DNA of 12,859 nucleotides, from positions 1-12,859 of the forward strand of contig JAYEOX010000107.1 in assembly GCA_034723415.1 (NCBI GenBank), given 5' to 3'. Positions within the stretch are counted from its first letter, which is position 1. Each line of letters opens with the position of its first letter. The position numbers and the translations under genes were made by a program. This DNA is from Fidelibacterota bacterium (GTDB lineage: Bacteria > Fidelibacterota > Fidelibacteria > Fidelibacterales > Fidelibacteraceae). Of the stretch, positions 1 to 6,883 are shown in pieces. Below the pieces are notes generated by a model. That model was given only the letters and a program-made list of their open reading frames with translations, searched no databases and was not told where the DNA came from.

Positions 1-2
1 AG

Positions 3-668
3 TGGACAGATGAGAGTGCAGAGATAAATAGTAAACTTCAGTATCGTGTTTATGCTTATAATAGTGAGAATGTTTCGTCATCGGTTGAGACTGATGTAAT
101 AGATAACATATTCCCATCACCTACAAGTATTACTTATGAAAGTATTGCGATAGATGAAGTACAACTTAATTGGACAGATAACTCCAATGGGGAAGAAGGC
201 TTTAAGATAGATAAGAGATTAGAGGATGGGAACTGGATAGCAGGATATGGAATAGTTGGTGAGAATGTAAAGCAGTGGACAGATGAGAATGCAGAGATAA
301 ATAGTAAACTTCAGTATCGTGTTTATGCTTATAATAGTGAGAATGTTTCGTCATCGGTTGAGACTAATGTAATAGATAACATATTCCCATCACCTACAAA
401 TATTACTTATGAGAGTATTGCGATAGATGAAGTACAACTTAATTGGACAGATAACTCCAATGGGGAAGAAGGTTTTAAGATAGATAGGAAAATAGAGAAT
501 GGGAATTGGGATTTAGCTTATGAAACTATTGATTCAAATATAACTCAATGGACAGATGAGAGTGCAGAGATAAATAGTAAACTTCAATATCGTGTTTATG
601 CTTATAATAGTGAGAATGTTTCGTCATCGGTTGAGACTGATATGATAGATAATATGTTCCCATCACCG
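3..668 (+). repeat. Intragenic tandem repeat, 273-bp (91-codon) period, ~2.4 copies visible, encoding FN3 domains
   Basis: TGGACAGATGAG recurs at 3, 276 and 549. By manual comparison, copies 1 and 2 differ at 5 of the first 210 nt and 24 of the last 63 nt. Copy 3 matches for ~120 nt and then diverges. Confidence 0.97.
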
Positions 669-1883
669 TCTAATCTTATTTTAAGTAAATTAGATGTTAA
701 CAAAATCAAAATTAGTTGGGATGACAATAGTATAGGTGAAGGAGGATTTTATATTGATAAGAAAGTTGGGGGGACAAGTTGGGAAACGGAATATGTAACT
801 TTAAGTAGTAATGCTACTTATTTTTTTGATGATATTGAACAACCCTGTGGTACTTTCTATTATAGAATAAGAGCTTATAAAGGTGATTCATGTTCTGACT
901 ACAGTAATAAAGATTCAACTAATATTAGATTGGGAATTATTGGTAATTTTGATACAGGAAGAGACGCGTCAGAAATTTTTATATCAAGTGAAACAAATTG
1001 GTATTCATTTGTTACAGATAAATATAATGGGCTTTCTATTATTGATTGTGTGAATCCAAGTTCGCCAGAAGGTATGACATATAATGAGGGGGGTCTTCCT
1101 GACCGAACCCTTTCTGTATTTACTACAAGCAAATATGCTTATGTAACTACCCATACAGGTATTCAAAGTCCAGGTCGTTTATATATTGTAGATATTGATT
1201 CTTTGATTAATGTGCCTCCACGTGATTTATCTGATTCTCTTACTATATTAGGAAGTTGCCAAACAACAGGAATTCCTAAAGATGTATTTGTTGAAGGTAA
1301 CTATGTCTATATTGCATCTGGAGAAGATGGCCTTTCAATAATAGATGTTTCTAATCCATTTATCCCATCTCTCGTAAAAAATTTTAGTACTGGACATTTT
1401 GCAAGAAAAGTTATCGTTGAAGGCAATTATGCTTATATTACAGGAGGTTTAGGTGGTCTTGATATTATTGATATTTCTGATCCTAACAGTCCCTCGCTCG
1501 TTTCAAATTTCCCAACTTCAGGACTCATAAATGATGTGAACATAATCAACAATTATATTTATGTTGCTAATGGGGAAGAAGGTTTGTTAATTCTTGATAT
1601 TTCCAATCCTGCATCTCCTTATGAAATTGCAAGTTGTCAAACAGAGGGATTTGCCTATAGCTTATGTGCAAAGGAAGATGTATATCAAGATTATGACTTT
1701 ATTTATTTAATAGATAAAGAGAAAGGAGTGTTTGTTATTGATATTACAGATCCAGCAAATCCATATATTTTAGGTAATGTAAAAATGACTACAAATCCGG
1801 TTTCTGTATCTTCATTTTATTATAGTAGTTATATGTTTTTGATAGATGATGAAGGGTTAAAAGTGGTTCAGGTTGCACCATAA
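3..1883 (+). CDS. Large putative surface/extracellular protein, 5'-incomplete: tandem fibronectin type III domains plus C-terminal LVIVD-repeat beta-propeller
   Basis: The frame of ORF 642..1883 stays open back to base 3 (WTDESAEINSKLQYRVYAYNSENVSSSVETDVIDNIFPSPTSITYESIAIDEVQLNWTDNSNGEEGFKIDK...), so ATG 642 is internal. FN3 hallmarks (P-S-P..., L/I-x-W-x-D, Y-R-V/I-x-A-Y) occur in a partial domain (3-110), two full domains (111-383, 384-656) and a diverged one (657-~920). From ~927 there are seven ~40-45 aa blades of the type DVFVEGNYVYIASGEDGLSIIDVSNP / KVIVEGNYAYITGGLGGLDIIDISDP / DVNIINNYIYVANGEEGLLILDISNP, matching the LVIVD repeat pattern. Confidence 0.88.
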   Translation, partial: WTDESAEINSKLQYRVYAYNSENVSSSVETDVIDNIFPSPTSITYESIAIDEVQLNWTDNSNGEEGFKIDKRLEDGNWIAGYGIVGENVKQWTDENAEINSKLQYRVYAYNSENVSSSVETNVIDNIFPSPTNITYESIAIDEVQLNWTDNSNGEEGFKIDRKIENGNWDLAYETIDSNITQWTDESAEINSKLQYRVYAYNSENVSSSVETDMIDNMFPSPSNLILSKLDVNKIKISWDDNSIGEGGFYIDKKVGGTSWETEYVTLSSNATYFFDDIEQPCGTFYYRIRAYKGDSCSDYSNKDSTNIRLGIIGNFDTGRDASEIFISSETNWYSFVTDKYNGLSIIDCVNPSSPEGMTYNEGGLPDRTLSVFTTSKYAYVTTHTGIQSPGRLYIVDIDSLINVPPRDLSDSLTILGSCQTTGIPKDVFVEGNYVYIASGEDGLSIIDVSNPFIPSLVKNFSTGHFARKVIVEGNYAYITGGLGGLDIIDISDPNSPSLVSNFPTSGLINDVNIINNYIYVANGEEGLLILDISNPASPYEIASCQTEGFAYSLCAKEDVYQDYDFIYLIDKEKGVFVIDITDPANPYILGNVKMTTNPVSVSSFYYSSYMFLIDDEGLKVVQVAP

Positions 1884-1945
1884 AGTGAGGAAAGATACAG
1901 GAATAACTTTCAAAAAACAGGAAATATCTTTTGACGCTCTTAATA

Positions 1946-2229
1946 TTTGCTATAAGAATTGTAAAAATGTATAAATTTCTAATTGAAAAAAATGAATTTA
2001 TATTAAGTAAATAATTATTACGAAGTGGCACTGCTATTGGTGCAATGGTTCGTGAAGCAGAACACGCAGAAAGAAGCTAACGAAACCGACTATTGGAGAA
2101 CTATTGTATAAATCAGAATATTTAAAAGAAAACTATTACATCTCAATACATAATGACATAATCGAAATCAGTAAACTACTCTCTTCAATTATTATTACCA
2201 CAAAACGAGGGAAAAATGAAAAAAAATAA
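1946..2229 (+). pseudogene. Four-helix bundle protein (TIGR02436 / 23S rRNA intervening-sequence protein-like family) pseudogene
   Basis: Three consecutive frames read FAIRIVKMYKFLIEKNEFILSK*LLRSGTAIGAMVREAEHAE (1946-2071, in-frame TAA at 2012), KEANETDYW (2070-2096) and ELLYKSEYLKENYYISIHNDIIEISKLLSSIIITTKRGKNEKK* (2098-2229). This matches the family pattern QLLRSGTSIGAN/LxxEA...KEANETxYWLELL, recalled from knowledge rather than searched. No intact start is present. Confidence 0.88.
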
Positions 2230-2791
2230 TTCACAATTAACGAAGCTTTCAAACTTTGTAATTTTCCAAACCGAAAACGGCAAAGTAAATATTGATGTAT
2301 TTTTTAAAGATGAAACACTTTGGCTTACTCAGAAGTTAATTGCTGAACTTTTTGAAAAAGGGAGATCTACAATTACAGAACATTTGCAAAAAATATTTGC
2401 AGAGGGAGAATTAGATGAACAACGGGTGTGTCGGAATTTCCGACATACCACAAAGCACGGTGCTATCAAAGGTAAAACACAGGAAATGGAAGTTAAATAT
2501 TACAATCTAAAAGCAATTACTGCTGTAGGTTATCGTGTAAATTCTCACAGAGCAACAGAGTTCAGAAAATGGGCAACAGAAATTCTGCACGAATATATTA
2601 TCAAAGGTTTTGCAATGGATGATGAAAGACTCAAACAGATAAGACATTTTGGCATAGATTACTTTGAAGAAATGCTTGAGCGAATTCGAGAAATCCGTTT
2701 AAGTGAGAATCGATTATGTGAAAATTACTTTTCCGAGTTTAAATTTTTTATCGTATATTTAAATAATAAAAATGAGGTAAGATATCAGTAG
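2216..2791 (+). pseudogene. RhuM-family (Virulence_RhuM) putative DNA-binding protein, C-terminally truncated
   Basis: Family motifs ETLWLTQKLIAELF, STITEHLQKIFAEGEL, YYNLKAITAVGYRVNSHRATEFRKWATEILHEYIIKGFAMDDERLK and DYFEEMLERIREIRLSE are present. In full-length members (~330-350 aa) ERRFYQKITDIY follows. Here similarity stops at ~2707-2729, and the remaining ~25 codons read through AT-rich polA upstream DNA. GAGGG lies upstream of ATG 2216. Confidence 0.8.
2774..2778 (+). promoter_or_regulatory. Shine-Dalgarno site for polA (GAGGT)
   Basis: GAGGT lies 5 nt before the in-frame ATC at 2784. No SD-like sequence sits at a usable distance from TTG 2805. Confidence 0.6.
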
Positions 2792-5489
2792 AAAAAAATT
2801 ATTTTTGATTGATGGAATGGCAATTGCTTATCGTGCTCATTTTGCGATGATCCGTAATCCATTGGTAACGAGTGATGGAAGACATGTAAGTGCGACTTAT
2901 GGTTTTATGACTTCTCTTTTGAAGATAATAGATGACGAGAAACCGGAATATCTCGCAGTTGTTTTTGATGCAAAAGAGAAGACATTTCGTCATAAAATGT
3001 ATCCGGAATACAAAGCAACTCGTGAAAAAATGCCATTTGAAATGCGTCCACAGATTAATTGGATAAAGGATATTTTAAAAGCAATGAATATTCCATCTTT
3101 GGAGCTTTCGGGATTTGAAGCAGATGACATTATTGGCACGCTTGCTGTAAAAGGCGAAAAAGAAAAATTGGATGTTTTTATCGTTTCGGGTGATAAGGAT
3201 TTTATGCAACTGATCAACGAACATATTTATCTATATTCACCGGCAACCGGAAAAAAAGAATTGATAATTTATGATTCGAAAGAAGTGGAAAAAAAATGGG
3301 GAATTAAACCGGATCAGGTAATTGATATGCTGGGTTTGATGGGAGATTCTTCTGATAATGTCCCCGGAGTTCCCGGAATTGGTGAAAAGTCAGCTGTGAA
3401 GTTACTGAAAAAATATGGTTCTTTTGACAATGTTTTTAATAATGTAGAAAAGGAAACAAATGCTCGTATTCACAAGGGATTATTAGAAAATAGTGAACTT
3501 GGGAAATTAAGTAAAGAGTTAGTAACAATTGATACTCAAGTAAAGATCGATTCTGATTGGAATGATATTAAATTTAGTGAATATAATAATGAAAAGTTGA
3601 TTGAATATTTACGAAAAATGGAGTTTTATTCACTAATAGAGCATTTGGACCTTGAAAAAAATAGTAAACCGAAGAAACAAAATTATCAAACAATTGACAC
3701 AAAAGAGAAATTTATAACATTTATTGAGAAGCTGAAAGAACAGAAGATATTTTCTTTTGATACCGAAACAGATAACAAAAATCCACATCTTGCAAATTTG
3801 GTTGGTATGTCATTTTCTTGGAAAGATTGGGAAGCATATTATATTCCATTCAACTTTTTTAATAAAGAAGGAAATTTATTTGCTGAAGATGATATACAAT
3901 TCGTGGCAAAAAAAATAAAACCAATATTAGAAAATACTAAGATAAAAAAAGTCGGTCAAAATATTAAATACGATGCAATTGTATTATCTAATTATGATAT
4001 CATCTTAAAAGGAATAGAATTTGATACTATGGTTGCAGAATATTTGCTTCATCCTGAAAGTTATTCATACAAACTGGATAATTTATCAGAAAAATATTTA
4101 CATTATAAAATGCAGTCGATAGAAGAATTAATAGGAAAAAAGAAAAGTAAACAGATAACAATGGAAAAAGTGCAGCTGGGCAAAATATCTTTTTACGCTT
4201 GTGAAGATGCAGACATTACATTTCAATTATATAAAATTCTAAATGAAGAAATTAAAAACGAAAATTTAGATAATGTTTTCAAGAATATTGAAATTCCATT
4301 GATTAGCGCTTTAATTCAAATGGAGAAAAACGGTATATATTTAGATGTTGATTTTCTAAAAAGAATGAGTATTTCATTAACAAAAGATTTAGAAAAATTA
4401 GAGAAAGAAATTTACGACAGCGCGGGTGAGCAATTTAATATTAAAAGTCCAAAACAGTTGAGTTATATACTTTTTGAAAAACTAAAGTTACCGGTGATCA
4501 AAAAAACAAAAACCGGATATTCTACAAATGAATTCGTTTTAGAAAAGCTGAAAGATGAACATATTTTACCAAAAACAATATTGGATTATCGAAAATTAAT
4601 AAAATTAAAATCCACTTATGTTGATGCGTTGCCGAAATTGAAAAATCCGAAGACCAATCGCATTCATTCCTCTTTTAATCAAACCGTTGCAGCTACAGGC
4701 AGATTAAGTTCTACAAATCCAAATTTTCAAAATATTCCAATTCGTACAGAGATAGGGCGGGAAATTCGCAAATCATTTATTGCTCAAAAAGATAGATGGA
4801 AAATTCTTTCTGCAGATTACAGCCAAGTTGAGTTAAGAATAATGGCTCATATGTCAGAAGATGAAAAATTAGTTGAAGCATTCCAAAACGATGTGGATGT
4901 TCATAGCTCTACTGCCGGTTTGGTTTATGGTGTAGATTTGAAAGATGTTACAAAAAATATGAGACGCACGGCAAAGGTGATAAATTTTGGAATAATGTAC
5001 GGCGCCGGTCCATATAGAATTTCAAATGAATTGAATATTCCAATAAAAGAAGCTCAGGAAATAATAGATAATTATTTTGAACAATTTTCCGGAGTGAGAA
5101 CATTTATTGATAAAATAATTGAAGAAACAAAGATCAAAAAATATGTAACTACATTATTTGGAAGGAAAAGACAGATCATTGATGTAGATAGTGAAAATCA
5201 TAATTTAAGAGAAGCTGCGAAAAGAGTGGCAATAAACATGCCAATTCAGGGAACTGCAGCCGATATTATTAAGATTGCAATGATCAAAATAAGTGATGTC
5301 TTTAACGAGGAAAAATTACAATCAAAAATGATTTCGCAAATTCATGATGAATTAGTTTTTGAAGTTCATCCGGACGAATTGGGAAAAGTAAATAAAATTG
5401 TAAAATCCAACATGGAGAATGCTTATAAATTAATAATTCCGTTAAAGGTAGATATTGGAATTGGTGATTCTTGGTATGAAGCACATTGA
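2784..5489 (+). CDS. polA: DNA polymerase I (start probably ATC 2784; the ORF caller uses TTG 2805)
   Basis: 5'-3' exonuclease motifs (KKLFLIDG..AYRAHFA, YKATR, EADDIIGTLA, SGDKDFMQL, GDSSDNVPGVPGIGEKSA). Intact 3'-5' exonuclease motifs (FDTET, NIKYD, YACEDAD). Polymerase motifs (TGRLSSTNPNFQNIP, ADYSQVELR, RRTAKVINFGIMYG, NMPIQGTAAD, QIHDEL). Confidence 0.99.
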   Translation: MSRKKLFLIDGMAIAYRAHFAMIRNPLVTSDGRHVSATYGFMTSLLKIIDDEKPEYLAVVFDAKEKTFRHKMYPEYKATREKMPFEMRPQINWIKDILKAMNIPSLELSGFEADDIIGTLAVKGEKEKLDVFIVSGDKDFMQLINEHIYLYSPATGKKELIIYDSKEVEKKWGIKPDQVIDMLGLMGDSSDNVPGVPGIGEKSAVKLLKKYGSFDNVFNNVEKETNARIHKGLLENSELGKLSKELVTIDTQVKIDSDWNDIKFSEYNNEKLIEYLRKMEFYSLIEHLDLEKNSKPKKQNYQTIDTKEKFITFIEKLKEQKIFSFDTETDNKNPHLANLVGMSFSWKDWEAYYIPFNFFNKEGNLFAEDDIQFVAKKIKPILENTKIKKVGQNIKYDAIVLSNYDIILKGIEFDTMVAEYLLHPESYSYKLDNLSEKYLHYKMQSIEELIGKKKSKQITMEKVQLGKISFYACEDADITFQLYKILNEEIKNENLDNVFKNIEIPLISALIQMEKNGIYLDVDFLKRMSISLTKDLEKLEKEIYDSAGEQFNIKSPKQLSYILFEKLKLPVIKKTKTGYSTNEFVLEKLKDEHILPKTILDYRKLIKLKSTYVDALPKLKNPKTNRIHSSFNQTVAATGRLSSTNPNFQNIPIRTEIGREIRKSFIAQKDRWKILSADYSQVELRIMAHMSEDEKLVEAFQNDVDVHSSTAGLVYGVDLKDVTKNMRRTAKVINFGIMYGAGPYRISNELNIPIKEAQEIIDNYFEQFSGVRTFIDKIIEETKIKKYVTTLFGRKRQIIDVDSENHNLREAAKRVAINMPIQGTAADIIKIAMIKISDVFNEEKLQSKMISQIHDELVFEVHPDELGKVNKIVKSNMENAYKLIIPLKVDIGIGDSWYEAH

Positions 5490-5497
5490 TTTATTGG

Positions 5498-5560
5498 GAA
5501 AAGTCATTAAAACTTCCAAAGTTTATTAATAAACTTTTTTATTAGTGATTTTTCGTTTTT
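5498..5560 (+). terminator. Putative intrinsic terminator / long hairpin downstream of polA
   Basis: An outer stem GAAAAGTCATTAA (5498-5510) / TTAGTGATTTTTC (5542-5554) pairs fully with two G-U pairs. It encloses a perfect 20-bp palindrome AAAGTTTATTAATAAACTTT (5518-5537) and is followed by GTTTTT. The stem is AT-rich, so terminator function is uncertain. Confidence 0.5.
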
Positions 5561-5589
5561 GAAATTGTATTTTCAATGATGAAAATAGT

Positions 5590-5662
5590 GCCACTTTAGC
5601 TCAGTTGGTAGAGCAATGCTTTCGTAAAGCATAGGCCGAGGGTTCGATTCCCTTGAGTGGCT
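5590..5662 (+). tRNA. tRNA-Thr (anticodon CGT), CCA not encoded
   Basis: Cloverleaf: acceptor GCCACTT/GAGTGGC, D arm GCTC-AGTTGGTA-GAGC, anticodon arm ATGCT-TTCGTAA-AGCAT (CGT at 5623-5625), T arm GAGGG-TTCGATT-CCCTT, discriminator T5662 followed by CAA. Confidence 0.96.
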
Positions 5663-5801
5663 CAAAAGAAAAAATATAGCAGAGTTTTTCAATAATTAGT
5701 GATTGAAAATTGATTATATTATTAGTGTTAAATTGATACAAGAATATCTAAATATAAAAATAATATTTTTATTAATTTTTTCTTTATTATTTTAATAAAT
5801 T

Positions 5802-5844
5802 ATTATATATTTTCAAATGGGTTAATTTGTTGAAAACATATAAT
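5802..5844 (+). promoter_or_regulatory. Inverted repeat overlapping a candidate -10 box upstream of mreB
   Basis: ATTATATATTTTCAA (5802-5816) / TTGAAAACATATAAT (5830-5844) are 14 of 15 complementary with a 13-nt spacer. TATAAT lies at 5839-5844 and AGGA precedes ATG 5870. There is no convincing -35. Confidence 0.35.
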
Positions 5845-5869
5845 GTAACATTTAAAGATAGGAAAAAAT

Positions 5870-6883
5870 ATGAAATTTTCGTTTTTTAAAAAAAATTCAG
5901 GTGATATTGCAATTGATTTAGGTACTGCAAATACTTTGGTATATATGACAAATAAAGGAATAATGATCAATGAGCCTTCAATTGTAGCACAATCCACAAT
6001 AACCAAAAAGATTATTGCAGTTGGAGCGGAAGCAAAAGCAATGATAGGTAGAACAAATCCAAATATAAGAACAATTCGTCCTTTAAAAGATGGCGTTATT
6101 GCCGATTTTGAAATGACAGATGGAATGTTACGTGGGTTTATTAAAAAAATGGGAATTTCTAGATTTTCCAGACCAAAAATGGTTATATGTATTCCCTCGG
6201 GAATTACCGAGGTAGAAAAACGAGCGGTAAGAGAGAGTGCAGAGCAATCTAATGCTCGTCAAGTATTTTTAGTAGAAGAACCGGTTGCTGCAGCAATTGG
6301 AATGGGAATAGATATTAGTAAACCGGTCGGAAATATGATTATTGATATTGGCGGCGGTACTACCGAAGTGGCAGTTATTGCTTTGAATGGAGTTGTATCC
6401 AAAGAATCAATTCGTATTGCCGGTGATGAAATGGACAATAATATTATACTCTATTTTCGGAAAAAACACAACTTGTTGATTGGTGCAAGAACTGCTGAAG
6501 AGATAAAAAAGAAAGTTGGTTCTGCAATGAAAAACAAAGGGGAAATCATTACTGTAAAGGGTCGAAATTTAGTATATGGAATACCAAAAACAGTAGAAAT
6601 ATCTTCAAATGAAATTGCAGAAAGTCTGGAGGAAACAATTAAAAGTATTGTTATTGGAATTAAAAAAACATTGGAGAAAACACCTCCTGAGCTATCATCT
6701 GATATTTTAGACCGAGGAATAATATTAACCGGTGGCGGAGCATTATTAAATGGATTAGATAAATTAATAAGAAAAGAAACCGGATTACCTGTGAATGTTG
6801 CCGAACAACCGTTACTTACGGTTATTCAAGGCACTGGGAAGGTATTGGAAAACATAAAATTATATTCTGATATTATTGTTTAA
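5870..6883 (+). CDS. mreB: Rod shape-determining protein MreB (actin-like ATPase)
   Basis: IAIDLGTANTL, NEPSIVA, IRPLKDGVIADF, PSGITEVEKRAV, EEPVAAAIG, DIGGGTTEVA, LTGGGALL; 337 aa. Confidence 0.99.
   Translation: MKFSFFKKNSGDIAIDLGTANTLVYMTNKGIMINEPSIVAQSTITKKIIAVGAEAKAMIGRTNPNIRTIRPLKDGVIADFEMTDGMLRGFIKKMGISRFSRPKMVICIPSGITEVEKRAVRESAEQSNARQVFLVEEPVAAAIGMGIDISKPVGNMIIDIGGGTTEVAVIALNGVVSKESIRIAGDEMDNNIILYFRKKHNLLIGARTAEEIKKKVGSAMKNKGEIITVKGRNLVYGIPKTVEISSNEIAESLEETIKSIVIGIKKTLEKTPPELSSDILDRGIILTGGGALLNGLDKLIRKETGLPVNVAEQPLLTVIQGTGKVLENIKLYSDIIV

Noticed and set aside
642..644. ATG 642 as the start of a 413-aa protein
   Set aside because: The frame is open to the window start and this Met aligns with Val in the other repeat copies.
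3..668. CRISPR-like repeat/spacer array (constant 210 nt plus variable 63 nt)
   Set aside because: The unit is far too long, the variable parts are homologous to each other, the region is an open reading frame, and no cas genes are present.
2012..2097. Programmed readthrough or frameshifting rescuing the four-helix gene
   Set aside because: It would need a readthrough, two frameshifts and tolerance of a deleted helix with no start codon; decay is far more parsimonious. All other genes use TAA as a normal stop.
3..2229. Diversity-generating retroelement (repeat pair plus nearby Avd-like four-helix gene)
   Set aside because: There is no reverse transcriptase in the window and both repeats are in-frame tandem coding units. 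The differences are not adenine-specific: only about 13 of 29 have A in copy 2, and several are C/T, G/T or G/C.
2731..2759. Sigma70 promoter for polA (TTCCGA-N17-TATATT)
   Set aside because: The -35 matches only 3 of 6 positions and the region is AT-rich; plausible but not supportable.
5663..5869. Integrated element or replication origin next to the tRNA
   Set aside because: No integrase, att duplication or DnaA-box cluster was seen. Short palindromes such as ATAAAAATA-A-TATTTTTAT (5754-5772) are expected in nearly pure AT sequence.
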